Positions 10,736-20,970 of a DNA stretch of 64,000 bases are shown here, piece after piece (within the stretch, counting starts at the first letter, position 1; the number at the start of each line of letters is the position of its first letter). The position numbers and the translations under genes were made by a program. The stretch spans positions 2,624,001-2,688,000 of the forward strand of contig JAKFCY010000002.1 of the NCBI GenBank assembly GCA_036676395.1. The letters run 5' to 3'. The DNA is from Bdellovibrio sp. Lineage in GTDB: Bacteria > Bdellovibrionota > Bdellovibrionia > Bdellovibrionales > Bdellovibrionaceae. The notes below the pieces were generated by a model. That model did no database searches. It was not told the origin of the DNA and was given only the letters and a program-made list of their open reading frames with translations.

Positions 10736-11704
10736 ATGAAGAAAATAGCTGTTTACACCAGTGGTGGAGATGCTCCAGGAATGAATGCTGCCATTCGCGC
10801 GGTGGTTAGAACTGCCCACAGCAAAAGTGTTGAAATCGTAGGGATTTTAAGTGGTTACGTTGGCATGGTCGAAAATAAAATGGTGACCTTGGCCGCCCGG
10901 GATATGGCCAATATCGTTCAGCGGGGCGGAACCATTTTAAAGACCGGCAGATCAGCCGAATTCATGAAGCCCGAATACCGCGCAATTGCTGCAGAAAATT
11001 TACGAAAAGCCGGCATCGAAGGGTTGATCTGCATTGGTGGTGATGGATCTTTTCGCGGGGCTCAAGCCCTCTTTGCCGAACATAAAATTCCTGTGATCGG
11101 CATTGCCGGAACAATTGATAACGACGTTTACGGTGTTGATGACACGATTGGTTTTGATACTGCAGTCAACACCGCTCTGGATGCCATTGATAAAATCCGT
11201 GATACTGCCGATTCGCATGACCGCATTTTTATTGTTGAAGTGATGGGAAGAAATTCTGGCTTTATCGCATCTGCCGTGGGTTTGGCCGGAGGTGCCGAAG
11301 AAATTTTGACCGCCGAAAATGTTGTCGGTGTTGATAAAATTGTGGAAAAACTGCGCGAATCTCGAGCGAAAGGAAAAACCAGCAGTATCTTAATCACCGC
11401 CGAAGGACAAAAACCCGGGCGTGGTTATGATTTAGCTGAAGCTATTCGCAAAAAATCAAATCTTGATGCCAAAGTTTGCATTTTAGGCCATCAACAGCGC
11501 GGTGGCAGCCCTACGGCTCACGACCGGATTCTGGCTTCCCGCCTGGGTTCTGAAGCGGTCGCTGCTTTACTGAGCGGAAAAACTAATTTGATGATTGGAA
11601 CACTTGGAAATAAATTAGTAGAGCTTCCTTTGGAACAAGTTGCGCAGAATGAAAAACGTGGTGACACCACTCTGATTCAGCTTGCCAGAATACTCTCTGT
11701 TTAG
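10736..11704 (+). CDS. pfkA: ATP-dependent 6-phosphofructokinase
   Basis: TSGGDAPGMN, GGDGS, TIDND, EVMGR and LGHQQRGG motifs; start at 10736 after GAGGT. Confidence 0.95.
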   Translation: MKKIAVYTSGGDAPGMNAAIRAVVRTAHSKSVEIVGILSGYVGMVENKMVTLAARDMANIVQRGGTILKTGRSAEFMKPEYRAIAAENLRKAGIEGLICIGGDGSFRGAQALFAEHKIPVIGIAGTIDNDVYGVDDTIGFDTAVNTALDAIDKIRDTADSHDRIFIVEVMGRNSGFIASAVGLAGGAEEILTAENVVGVDKIVEKLRESRAKGKTSSILITAEGQKPGRGYDLAEAIRKKSNLDAKVCILGHQQRGGSPTAHDRILASRLGSEAVAALLSGKTNLMIGTLGNKLVELPLEQVAQNEKRGDTTLIQLARILSV

Positions 11705-11820
11705 GTTAAATTAAACCGTTAAATAATTAGATTACAGTTAATCGACAAATTAATGAATACAGTTTGTTGAAAACAAATTACTTAAGTTAAACGGTTTAAT
11801 TACCCTAAAGGAAGGTCTCA

Positions 11821-12957
11821 ATGAAAAACATGTTCTCATTACTTTCAATTGCAGCATTGCTTGCATTTGTTGGTTGCACAAAAAAAGAAGAAAACAAAAA
11901 CGAAATTTTATTAGGAAGCTACAGTTCTAACACGGGCGCAACGGCTACTTTTGGCGTTTACCAAATGCGCGGTATCGAAATGGCGATCAATGAAATCAAT
12001 GCTGCTGGCGGCATCAACGGCAAGATGATCAAACACATCAACTACGATAACAAGTCTGATAACTCTGAAACGTTAGCTGTAGTGAATCGTTTAATCTCTC
12101 AGGATAAAGTTGTAGCTATCATCGGTGAAGCAACTTCTGGCCGTTCTAAAATCGGCGCACAAGTCGCTCAGGAAAACAAAATTCCAATGTTAACTTCTTC
12201 TGCAACAAACCCAGAAGTAACTAAAGTTGGAAACTACATCTTCCGCGCTTGTTTTATCGATCCATTCCAGGGTTTAGTTATGGCTAAATTCATGGTTAAT
12301 GATTTAAAAATGAAAAAAGCAGCTATTTTACGTGACGTAAAAAGTGATTACTCTGTGGGTTTATCAGATGTTTTCAAAGCTGAATTAATTAAAGCTGGCG
12401 GCGAAATCGTTGATGATATCGCTTACCAAGAAGGTGACGTAGATTTTAAATCTCAGTTAGCTTCTATTAAGGGTAAAAAGCCAGACGCTATTTTTGTTCC
12501 TGGTTACTACAATGAAGTGGCACTTATCGCTCGCCAAGCTAAAGAGTTAGGTATGAACCAACCTCTATTAGGCGGTGACGGTTGGTCTTCTCCAGATCTT
12601 TTCAAAATTGCTAAAGATGCAATCAACGGATCTTACTTTTCTAACCACTATACAACTGAATCAACTGATCCTAAAACTGTTGAATTCGTAAAAAACTTCA
12701 AAGCTAAGTACAACGAAGATGCTGACGTAATGGCTGCTCTTGCTTACGATGCAACTTACATGATGGCTGAAGCGATGAAAACGGCTAAAGAAATTACACC
12801 AGAAAATATTCGCGCAGGTTTAGCTGGCATTAAAAACTTTCATGGTGTAACTGGAACAATTACTATGAACGAAAGCCGTGATGCGGTTAAAAGTGCTGTT
12901 GTTGTTCGTGTTCAGGGTCCTGAATACAAATTCGTAACAAGCGTAACACCACAGTAA
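11821..12957 (+). CDS. livK: Branched-chain amino acid ABC transporter substrate-binding lipoprotein
   Basis: LivJ/K-type periplasmic binding protein; first gene of the liv operon. Confidence 0.88.
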   Translation: MKNMFSLLSIAALLAFVGCTKKEENKNEILLGSYSSNTGATATFGVYQMRGIEMAINEINAAGGINGKMIKHINYDNKSDNSETLAVVNRLISQDKVVAIIGEATSGRSKIGAQVAQENKIPMLTSSATNPEVTKVGNYIFRACFIDPFQGLVMAKFMVNDLKMKKAAILRDVKSDYSVGLSDVFKAELIKAGGEIVDDIAYQEGDVDFKSQLASIKGKKPDAIFVPGYYNEVALIARQAKELGMNQPLLGGDGWSSPDLFKIAKDAINGSYFSNHYTTESTDPKTVEFVKNFKAKYNEDADVMAALAYDATYMMAEAMKTAKEITPENIRAGLAGIKNFHGVTGTITMNESRDAVKSAVVVRVQGPEYKFVTSVTPQ

Positions 12958-12977
12958 TCTTTCAACAGGAGTTGATA

Positions 12978-13880
12978 ATGCAGGAATTTCTACAACATAC
13001 GTTAAATGGCCTTAGCTTTGGCAGCGTTTACGCCCTCATCGCCCTAGGATATACGATGGTGTATGGAATTCTTGCTATGATTAACTTTGCCCATTCTGAT
13101 ATCTACATGATGGGTGCTTTCGGCACGTTTTATTTTATTAATTTTTTAAAATTAGGTGAAAGCCCAAGCCCAATTACTTTCGCGATTGGTTTACTGGCGG
13201 CGATGTTATTTTCGGGTTTAGTGGGCTTCTTAGTTGAAAAGCTTGCTTATAAGCCTTTACGCAATTCTCCTAAGATGAATGTTTTAATCACGGCGATTGG
13301 CGTAAGTATTCTTTTTGAATTCGGCGGACAAATTGTATTTGGTGTAAACCCAAAATCATTTCCACAATTAATGGTCGATGCCGAGATTTTTAACTTCATG
13401 GATATCTCGGTGCGCTTGTTAGATATCATTATCTATTTGGTGACGATCATCTCTTTAGTTTCGTTAAGTTTTTTAATTGGCAAAACCCAAACTGGCCGCG
13501 CCATGCAAGCCGTGAGTTCACGCCCAGATATGGCGCCTTTAATGGGAATCAACATTAATAAAATTATTTCTTTTACTTTTGTTGTTGGTTCAGTTTTAGC
13601 CGGTGTAGCTGCAGTTCTTGTGGCGATGAAATATCCAAAAATTGATCCGATGATGGGTGTAAAAATCGGAACCAGCGCTTTCGTCGCTGCCGTATTCGGC
13701 GGTATCGGCTCATTACCCGGGGCAGTGCTTGGTGGATATATTTTAGGTCTTGGCGAATACTATCTAATCGGTTACGGGGCTTCGACTTACAAAGAAGCTT
13801 TATCGTTTATGTTATTAATCTTAATTTTATTGGTTAAGCCAACGGGTCTTATGGGCACTAAAGCCAAAGAGAAAATCTAG
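12978..13880 (+). CDS. livH: Branched-chain amino acid ABC permease
   Basis: GSVYALIALGYTMVYG, INFAH and GGIGSLPGA motifs; ATG at 12978 after AGGAG. Confidence 0.93.
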   Translation: MQEFLQHTLNGLSFGSVYALIALGYTMVYGILAMINFAHSDIYMMGAFGTFYFINFLKLGESPSPITFAIGLLAAMLFSGLVGFLVEKLAYKPLRNSPKMNVLITAIGVSILFEFGGQIVFGVNPKSFPQLMVDAEIFNFMDISVRLLDIIIYLVTIISLVSLSFLIGKTQTGRAMQAVSSRPDMAPLMGININKIISFTFVVGSVLAGVAAVLVAMKYPKIDPMMGVKIGTSAFVAAVFGGIGSLPGAVLGGYILGLGEYYLIGYGASTYKEALSFMLLILILLVKPTGLMGTKAKEKI

Positions 13881-13882
13881 TT

Positions 13883-14812
13883 ATGAATTTTATGGCGAAA
13901 AATAAATTAGTTTTATTTGTGATTTCATTCATAGTTATTGGCGTAATTTGCCAATTTGCTTTGAATTCGTATATTCAGGCCTTAGTCATTAGTTTTATGA
14001 TCAATGCGATTATGGCTTTATCATTAAATTTTATCACTGGCGTTGCTAATCAATTCTCGTTAGGCCATGCAGGATTCATGGCCTTAGGCGCTTACACTTC
14101 AGCTGTATTAACCAAAATGTTTTTAGCTGATCAATGGTACTTTATTCCTGTAACAGCACTTGCCGGCGCCATTGTTGCAACGGCTGCAGGTTATTTAGTG
14201 GCGCTTCCGTCATTTAAACTTCGCGGTGATTATTTAGCCATCGTCACTATGGGTTTTGCCGAAATCGTTCGGGTATTATTCTTAAATTGGGATTACGTTG
14301 GCGGGCCGCGTGGCTTTAATGCGATCGTTAAATGGCCTGATTTTTCAATTTCTTACGCAATGACGGGTTTTTTCTTATTCATCACGTTCTTAGTTTTATA
14401 CCATTTAAAAATTTCTTGGTTCGGCAGAAATCTTTGGGCCCTCAATGAAGATGAAATTGCGGCCGAAGTCATGGGTACTCCGATTGCTAAAAATAAACGT
14501 TACGCGTTTTTATTTTCAAGCTTTTTTGCTGGCCTTGGCGGAGCGCTTTTCGGTCACCAGCTTGGTTATATCAGCCCGGCCTCTTTTGGTTTTTTAATGT
14601 CTGTGCAAATTCTAATTTTTGCCGTGCTTGGCGGCCTTGGTTCAATGTCGGGCTCTGTATTAGCTGCCGGAATTTTAACGGCACTGCCTGAAGTTCTTCG
14701 TTCGCTTCCTACGGGGGGCATTGATATTCGTATGATCGTATTTCCGATCTTGCTAATCTTACTTATGATTCTTAGACCACAGGGCTTATTAGGCCGTAAG
14801 GAGTTATTCTAA
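13883..14812 (+). CDS. livM: Branched-chain amino acid ABC permease
   Basis: SLGHAGFMALGAY, LRGDYLAIVT and RPQGLLG motifs. Confidence 0.93.
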   Translation: MNFMAKNKLVLFVISFIVIGVICQFALNSYIQALVISFMINAIMALSLNFITGVANQFSLGHAGFMALGAYTSAVLTKMFLADQWYFIPVTALAGAIVATAAGYLVALPSFKLRGDYLAIVTMGFAEIVRVLFLNWDYVGGPRGFNAIVKWPDFSISYAMTGFFLFITFLVLYHLKISWFGRNLWALNEDEIAAEVMGTPIAKNKRYAFLFSSFFAGLGGALFGHQLGYISPASFGFLMSVQILIFAVLGGLGSMSGSVLAAGILTALPEVLRSLPTGGIDIRMIVFPILLILLMILRPQGLLGRKELF

Positions 14813-15591
14813 TGAGTACTCCCGTTAAAATGTTATCAGTTGAAAATTTAAACTTAAGTTTCGGCGGCATCAAAGCCGTTGATCAAGTCAGTTTTCATAT
14901 TAATGAACATGAATTATTAGGCCTTATCGGCCCGAATGGCGCCGGTAAAACGACAGTGTTCAATATGATCTCGGGCTTTTACCGGGCCGATTCTGGAACC
15001 ATGAAACTTCGCGAAGAAGTTATTAACGAATTTTCTCCGGATAAAGTTAATAAAGCCGGTATTGCCCGTACCTTTCAAAATATCCGCCTGTTTGGCAAAT
15101 TATCTGTTTTAGAAAATGTTTTATTGGCGATGCAACAAACTGAAACACTCGGCTGGTTTGAAAGTTTATTTCGCACCAAAAGTTATTTAGAAAAAGAACA
15201 AATCTTAAAAAACCGTTCTTTAGAACTTTTAAAAATCTTCAGTCTTGATCACTTAGCCGAAGAATTATCGTGCAATCTTCCGTACGGTTTACAACGCAAA
15301 CTTGAAATTGTGCGCGCATTGGCCACGAAACCCACGCTATTAATCTTAGATGAACCTGCAGCAGGCATGAATCACCAGGAAACTGATGATTTGAAAAAAT
15401 TAATTCATTTCGTAAAAGATAAATTCAACTTAACTGTTTTATTAATCGAACATGACATGAAGCTTGTGATGTCAATTTGCGAGCGTATCGTGGTATTAAA
15501 TCGTGGTGTTAAGATTGCCGAAGGTGTTCCTGCCGAAATTAAAGCTAATCCTTCAGTGATTGAAGCCTACTTAGGAAAAAGGTCTCATTAA
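14812..15591 (+). CDS. livG: Branched-chain amino acid ABC ATPase
   Basis: GPNGAGKTT, GIARTFQNIRLF and LDEPAAG motifs. Confidence 0.94.
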   Translation: MSTPVKMLSVENLNLSFGGIKAVDQVSFHINEHELLGLIGPNGAGKTTVFNMISGFYRADSGTMKLREEVINEFSPDKVNKAGIARTFQNIRLFGKLSVLENVLLAMQQTETLGWFESLFRTKSYLEKEQILKNRSLELLKIFSLDHLAEELSCNLPYGLQRKLEIVRALATKPTLLILDEPAAGMNHQETDDLKKLIHFVKDKFNLTVLLIEHDMKLVMSICERIVVLNRGVKIAEGVPAEIKANPSVIEAYLGKRSH

Positions 15592-16313
15592 TGGCTGCTA
15601 AAATTAAAATTGAACATCTAGCTATTAATTACGGAAACATCAAAGCTGTTAAAGAAATTAGTTTTGAATTTAAACGTAGCCAAATCACCACCCTAATCGG
15701 CGCCAATGGCGCTGGTAAAACATCGACCTTAAAATGTATTGCAGGCTTGCTTCCGGCAAAAAACGGTAAAATTACCTTAGATAACGGCAGCATTCATATC
15801 GATATCACGAAAATGACTCCTGCAGATCGTTTACGAGCTAAGCTTGCGTTATGCCCTGAAGGGCGCGGTGTATTTCCGAATCTATCTGTGCGCGATAATT
15901 TAATGTTAGGGGCTTACCTTAATAAAGATTCTAAAAGAATTCTGGAACTTGTTGAACAGCAATATGAATTATTTCCTAAATTAGCCGAGCGCCGTACTCA
16001 GCTGTCTGGAACATTATCTGGCGGCGAACAGCAGATGTTAGCTATTGCCAGAGCGTTAATGAGCGAACCTGAATTTTTAATGTTAGATGAACCATCGTTA
16101 GGTTTAGCACCGGTTATCGTTGAGCAGATCTTTGATAAATTTGTGATGTTAAAAAAACAAGGGCTTGGATTATTAGTTGTCGAACAAAATGCAAGTTTAG
16201 CTTTAGAAGTTTCTGATTATGCCTACGTTCTTGAAACAGGCACTATGACGTTGAATGGAACTGGTGAGGCTTTGTTAAAAGATTCTCGCGTACAGGAAGC
16301 GTATCTTTCATAG
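15591..16313 (+). CDS. livF: Branched-chain amino acid ABC ATPase
   Basis: GANGAGKTS, LSGGEQQMLAIARAL and LDEPSLGLAP motifs. Confidence 0.94.
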   Translation: MAAKIKIEHLAINYGNIKAVKEISFEFKRSQITTLIGANGAGKTSTLKCIAGLLPAKNGKITLDNGSIHIDITKMTPADRLRAKLALCPEGRGVFPNLSVRDNLMLGAYLNKDSKRILELVEQQYELFPKLAERRTQLSGTLSGGEQQMLAIARALMSEPEFLMLDEPSLGLAPVIVEQIFDKFVMLKKQGLGLLVVEQNASLALEVSDYAYVLETGTMTLNGTGEALLKDSRVQEAYLS

Positions 16314-16388
16314 TCATTTGTACAAATAGCTAAAACAGCGAACGTGACTAATCGCTCGCCGTTTTAATGGAGTGTTGGTTCTATTTCT

Positions 16389-16415
16389 AAAAATGAGCGG
16401 TCTTTCAACCGCTCA
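16389..16415 (-). terminator. Probable terminator of the flagellar operon
   Basis: TGAGCGGT-N6-ACCGCTCA with a T5 tail on the minus strand, just after the flgE stop. Confidence 0.65.
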
Positions 16416-16426
16416 CCTTATTTAAA

Positions 16427-17716
16427 TTATCGTTTTAATTGGATCACTTCGTTCAGTAATTCATCTGACGTTGTGATTGTTTTTGAATTGGCTTGGAACG
16501 CTCTTTGATTCGTAATCATGCTTACGAACTCAGAAGCTAAATCCACCGTCGAACGCTCAAGTGATTTTGCCATCACCGAACCACGGCCCGCCATACGAGG
16601 ACCACCGACAGCTGCTGCGCCAGAATCGCGAGATTCTTTGAACATGTTGCCACCGATTTTGAATAACGCTTCAGGAGCTTCGAATTTAGCTAATGCGATT
16701 TGTGCTAAATCTAATACCTGACCATTCGAGTATGAAGCTGTTAATACACCTTCATCATTGAATGATAAACCAGTTACCGTACCTGCAGCGTAACCATCTT
16801 GTGACCATGCAATTACATCTGAATCTTTACCGAACTGTTTTGTTCCGTCGATACCTTTACCACCAGAAGCTAAATCATCACCAAAGTTAAGTTTGATTTG
16901 TTGATCTTGCTTAGCTCCGCCTTTGAAATTTAAAGCAGAATTTGTAACTTCTTGAGATTGTAATTTACCATCTTCAGTAAATTGCAATTTACCTTCAAGA
17001 ACTGTTGCTAAATCTTGGCCTTCTGGAGCGTCAGACACTTCTTTACCATCAACTAAACCTTTGAATGTCCATGTACGGTCTTCGCCTTTGTTAAAGAATA
17101 AATTTAATAAATGTTTATTACCCTGAGAATCGAACATCTCAACCGCTGTAGAGTAGTGAGAAGTCTTATATGGATCTTTTGCATCGAAAGTTTTCGAGTT
17201 AGCAACGTTTCTTGAATCTAAGTTAAGATCCAATTTTAATTCTTTCGTTGCAGAAGCATTAACTAATGCACGAGGGAATTTGATGTCGCTTACTTTATTT
17301 TCGATTTTACCTTTTTCATCAGCTTGGAAACCCTGAACTCTTTGACCAGAGTTATTTACAAGTAAACCAGCTTTATCGAACTTGAAAGATCCATCACGTG
17401 AATACGTTGTTCCTTCAGTTCCTTTTAAAGTAAAAAATCCGTTACCATTTACAGCTAAGTCAGTTGAACGATCTGTGTTATCTAGATTACCTTGAGACAT
17501 AATCGGTGTGATTGATTGAATACGCACACCACGGCCCATCTGATTACCGCCATCGATCCCTTTTAGAGAACGTGACATCACATCAGAAAACTCTGCTCTT
17601 GATGCTTTGAAACCGATTGTGTTTGAATTTGCAATGTTGTCTGCAGTTACGCCCATTGCTTCGCCGTTCGCTTGAAGACCAGTGATACCAGTCCACATTG
17701 ACGATAGAACTCCCAT
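16427..17716 (-). CDS. flgE: Flagellar hook protein
   Basis: ADNIANSNTIGFK N-terminus, DLAVNGNGFF, LERSTVDLASEF C-terminus; start after GGAGG. Confidence 0.95.
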   Translation of the reverse strand: MGVLSSMWTGITGLQANGEAMGVTADNIANSNTIGFKASRAEFSDVMSRSLKGIDGGNQMGRGVRIQSITPIMSQGNLDNTDRSTDLAVNGNGFFTLKGTEGTTYSRDGSFKFDKAGLLVNNSGQRVQGFQADEKGKIENKVSDIKFPRALVNASATKELKLDLNLDSRNVANSKTFDAKDPYKTSHYSTAVEMFDSQGNKHLLNLFFNKGEDRTWTFKGLVDGKEVSDAPEGQDLATVLEGKLQFTEDGKLQSQEVTNSALNFKGGAKQDQQIKLNFGDDLASGGKGIDGTKQFGKDSDVIAWSQDGYAAGTVTGLSFNDEGVLTASYSNGQVLDLAQIALAKFEAPEALFKIGGNMFKESRDSGAAAVGGPRMAGRGSVMAKSLERSTVDLASEFVSMITNQRAFQANSKTITTSDELLNEVIQLKR

Positions 17717-17735
17717 GATAACCTCCATGTTTTTA

Positions 17736-17862
17736 ATCTAAGAAATCATTTCTTAGATCGTTTGTTTTGGTTTGAAGAATATTCGTATTCTTCTCACCGT
17801 TTCAAACTTGCTAGTCGAGCAAGTTTGTTTCTGAAGGGCCCCCTCTAGGAGGACCAGCCCTT
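17736..17862 (-). other. Four consecutive hairpins in the flgE 5' leader
   Basis: Inverted repeats at 17736-17758, 17774-17793, 17803-17827 and 17834-17862. Confidence 0.7.
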
Positions 17863-17874
17863 TAAAATCTTTAC

Positions 17875-18342
17875 TTAGATAACTATTGTGCTGTCGATGT
17901 TGGTAAAAACATTTTCTTTCAAATTGTTTTTATCCATCACTGTCACCACAGTGTTATTTTTAACACTCACGATCGCTGCTGAGTCGTCCATCAGAACTAA
18001 AGTGTCTTTCGATCCTTTAGCTGCGGCCTTCTTCACAGCTTCATCAAGTTTAGCTAATCTTGCCGGATCATAACTGATCCCTCTTGATTGCATACGCTCG
18101 ATCGCGTGATTCGAAAACTTTAGACCACCTGCTGCTTCGCCCTTTGCTAAAGAACCGGCTTTCGGTGTCTCTTGCGCGGGAGTGTTGGCAATCAAGCCTT
18201 CTAACGTCTCCTTGAACGAACCTGACTCTTGCGCACCTTGTGCTCCACCCTGAATGTTTTTATCATTCTTGATTTCGCTGGGCGCCTTTGGAATCAGATT
18301 ATCTATGCGACTTAAACTGTTCGCCAGTTTCATCTTATCCAT
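17875..18342 (-). CDS. Flagellar operon protein (TIGR02530-type)
   Basis: LKFSNHAIERMQSRGI, IVSVKNNTVVT and NVFTNIDS motifs; lies between flgD and flgE. Confidence 0.88.
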   Translation of the reverse strand: MDKMKLANSLSRIDNLIPKAPSEIKNDKNIQGGAQGAQESGSFKETLEGLIANTPAQETPKAGSLAKGEAAGGLKFSNHAIERMQSRGISYDPARLAKLDEAVKKAAAKGSKDTLVLMDDSAAIVSVKNNTVVTVMDKNNLKENVFTNIDSTIVI

Positions 18343-18345
18343 CGT

Positions 18346-19392
18346 CTATAACTCCTTAGCGGCTTCTGCAGGCGGTGCTGCTGTCGCTACTTTTTCTTCT
18401 TCCGATTGATGCTGGTCAAAAAGTTCTTTCGCTGCCGAAAGGCCTTCCCACATTTCCATCGGCGAAGAGTCCATTGCCTTTAGTTGCTCTGGAGTTTTCG
18501 TCTCTGCTGTAACTTTAGTTTGCTTCGTAGCATCACCTTTATTCAAGTCGAGGTTTGTAACATCGCTTAATTTCTGGTCATTGTTCTTAAGACTTGGGTC
18601 TGAGAACTGACGAATGTCCTTAAGACGAACATTCTGTTTTCCCACCTGAAGTATAGGTCCTTCTTGCGAAAAACTCATACCAGTCACTACTCCGGTGAAG
18701 TCAGTTTTGATATTTAACTTCTGACCTGCGCCACCTGTAGCTTCTAATCTTACTTTGTAATCACCAGCTTTAGCTTTGTTGCCTTTGTCATCTTCGCCAT
18801 TCCAAGAAAATTTATTTTCACCTTCTTTTAGCTGCGGAAATTTCATTTTGCGAACAACATCACCCTTCGCATTCACAATTGAAACATTAGTTTCTTTGGC
18901 TTCTTGCGGAAGAGAAAATTTTACTTCGTGATCTTTATCTAAATCTGTACGTGTGATTTTTGCACTGTCGCCAGAAACTTCTTTGCCGATTAAATTCAGC
19001 GCCTGAAATTGTTCAACAGGCTTACTGGCCTGTTTCATTTCTTGCAGTGTAGTGTTGATATTCGACATTTGCTCTAAACCAGAGAACTGCGCTAATTGCG
19101 CGGCCATTTCATGATTCTTTAATGGGTTTGATGGATCTTGATGTTTAAGCTGTGTAATCATCAACTTAAAAAATGCATCTTTATCCATATTGGTATTACC
19201 CACGCCACGAGTCTTTTTCGACGGATCAACATAATTAGGATCAGCAATTTTATTTAAGGCTTCACCGATGTTCTCAGTGCCTAAAGCATCTTTTTCTTGC
19301 TGCGACATCGCACGGTTATTACCCTGAGCTTTTAAATCAGGTTCTGCTAACTGCGGATCTCTCCAAGTTTTTGTTCCTGTTTTTACATCCAT
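18346..19392 (-). CDS. flgD: Flagellar hook capping protein
   Basis: DKDAFFKLMITQLKHQDPSNP and AQLAQFSGLEQ motifs; Ig-like WNGED segment. Confidence 0.93.
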   Translation of the reverse strand: MDVKTGTKTWRDPQLAEPDLKAQGNNRAMSQQEKDALGTENIGEALNKIADPNYVDPSKKTRGVGNTNMDKDAFFKLMITQLKHQDPSNPLKNHEMAAQLAQFSGLEQMSNINTTLQEMKQASKPVEQFQALNLIGKEVSGDSAKITRTDLDKDHEVKFSLPQEAKETNVSIVNAKGDVVRKMKFPQLKEGENKFSWNGEDDKGNKAKAGDYKVRLEATGGAGQKLNIKTDFTGVVTGMSFSQEGPILQVGKQNVRLKDIRQFSDPSLKNNDQKLSDVTNLDLNKGDATKQTKVTAETKTPEQLKAMDSSPMEMWEGLSAAKELFDQHQSEEEKVATAAPPAEAAKEL

Positions 19393-19403
19393 GTTATGCT
19401 CTC

Positions 19404-20960
19404 CTACGCTACCACGTTAACACTAGATCCCTTGTTGGCGGCAACATATGCTGCGCGGCCTTGAGTGGATTTAGCGATCGGTGTTTGTACCGATTGTTGT
19501 TGTGATGTTTGGTAAGACGATCCGTGCTCACGCTGACGGCCAGAATTTGAATTTGCAAAGTTTTGAAAATTCATTTCTTGCTGCTGTCTGTTTTGAAAAC
19601 TCGAATTCGATGAGTTTGCATCAGACTGAAACTGAGCCTGGTTCTGCGTATCTACCGCGACCACATTATTAATCTTAACATGTTCTACGCGCATTTGGTG
19701 AGAGGCTAGACTAGACTTTAGATCAGAAAGGCTTTCTTCTAACATCTTTTTTACAGATTTATCCTGAGCGTTCATCTCAATGTTAATTTTGCCGTTATCC
19801 AGCATCACTTTAAGATTCACTTCGCCCATGCCTTCCGGAGTCATCTTCACCGTCATCTCACCGCCACCTGCAGTCACTAAATACTTCGCTTGGTTCATCA
19901 CTTCGCGAACATTAGAGTCTTTCATGGCATCAGTCTCTGCACCTGGCTTAGCGGCTGCAGCAGCTCCTGCTGCTCCGGCTGCGGCTCCTAAGTGTGACTG
20001 AAAACTGCGTTGGCCGGTGTGAAGTGCTGACACTTGCGCTGCTAAATCGTTTGAACCATCAAACTTTGGCAAAGACGCTTGTTGCCCGCTATCACCCGAT
20101 GAATTTTGCTTTTCTCCCTGGCCTTGTTTTTCGTTTTCAGCTGAAGACTTCGCTAACACAGCACTTGTTTGATTAAGTGCCTGATCTTTTGCCTGAGCTG
20201 CATCCTGCTGCACAAGTTTAAGATCCGCGGGTTTTGCGGCTTCTTTGCTTAGAATGTCAAAAACCTTACTTTCAAGAGTGGGCGCCGCAGATTCTTCAAC
20301 GTTTGCATCCTGCATCGGTTGAATCATTTGCTGTTCAAGTGCTGCACTCTCTCCAGCTGGAGATTTTAATAATTGCTCTAATACCGCAGGCTGCGCTTCG
20401 CCGTTAAGCTCGGCTAATACGGCTTTTTCAGCATTAGTCATATACTGAAATTCCGGAGCAGCTTCTAATGCACCCTGTGGTTGTGCTTCAGCAGATACGG
20501 CTGTGCCTTCTGCTAAAACTTCTGTTTGAATATTTTGAATGTTGGCAAATTGTTGGCCGGTTGCGATTTGTTGCAGATTTTTTTCGGAATCTGCGATTTC
20601 AACTTCACCCTCGTCTGAGACCATGACATTTGAAATCTTTTGATCAATCGCTATTGGCTGAACTACTGCTTCTGCCGTTACATTCGCTTCAGGTTTTTCT
20701 GCATCGGATTCATCATCCTTTGCGCGAGCCATCTTCTTTTTAATTCCCCCAGATGACTTCTTCGAAACCTGATCAGAATCTTTTTTCTGATCGTCCTTTT
20801 TTTCTGCTTTCGGCTGATCTTTTTCTTTATCTCTGCCTGCAGCTTTGAGTTCTTTTTCAAAATCCTTGCGGATATTTTTATCGAACTCTTTTGGAACTTT
20901 CAGATCAAGATCGTCTATCGTTCCCTGCGGGGGGCCGACACGTATCAAGTCTTTTATCAC
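19404..20960 (-). CDS. fliK: Flagellar hook-length control protein
   Basis: Low-complexity N-terminus; C-terminal MTPEGMGEVNLKV domain; position in operon. Confidence 0.85.
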   Translation of the reverse strand: MIKDLIRVGPPQGTIDDLDLKVPKEFDKNIRKDFEKELKAAGRDKEKDQPKAEKKDDQKKDSDQVSKKSSGGIKKKMARAKDDESDAEKPEANVTAEAVVQPIAIDQKISNVMVSDEGEVEIADSEKNLQQIATGQQFANIQNIQTEVLAEGTAVSAEAQPQGALEAAPEFQYMTNAEKAVLAELNGEAQPAVLEQLLKSPAGESAALEQQMIQPMQDANVEESAAPTLESKVFDILSKEAAKPADLKLVQQDAAQAKDQALNQTSAVLAKSSAENEKQGQGEKQNSSGDSGQQASLPKFDGSNDLAAQVSALHTGQRSFQSHLGAAAGAAGAAAAAKPGAETDAMKDSNVREVMNQAKYLVTAGGGEMTVKMTPEGMGEVNLKVMLDNGKINIEMNAQDKSVKKMLEESLSDLKSSLASHQMRVEHVKINNVVAVDTQNQAQFQSDANSSNSSFQNRQQQEMNFQNFANSNSGRQREHGSSYQTSQQQSVQTPIAKSTQGRAAYVAANKGSSVNVVA

Positions 20961-20970
20961 TTTCCTCCTT

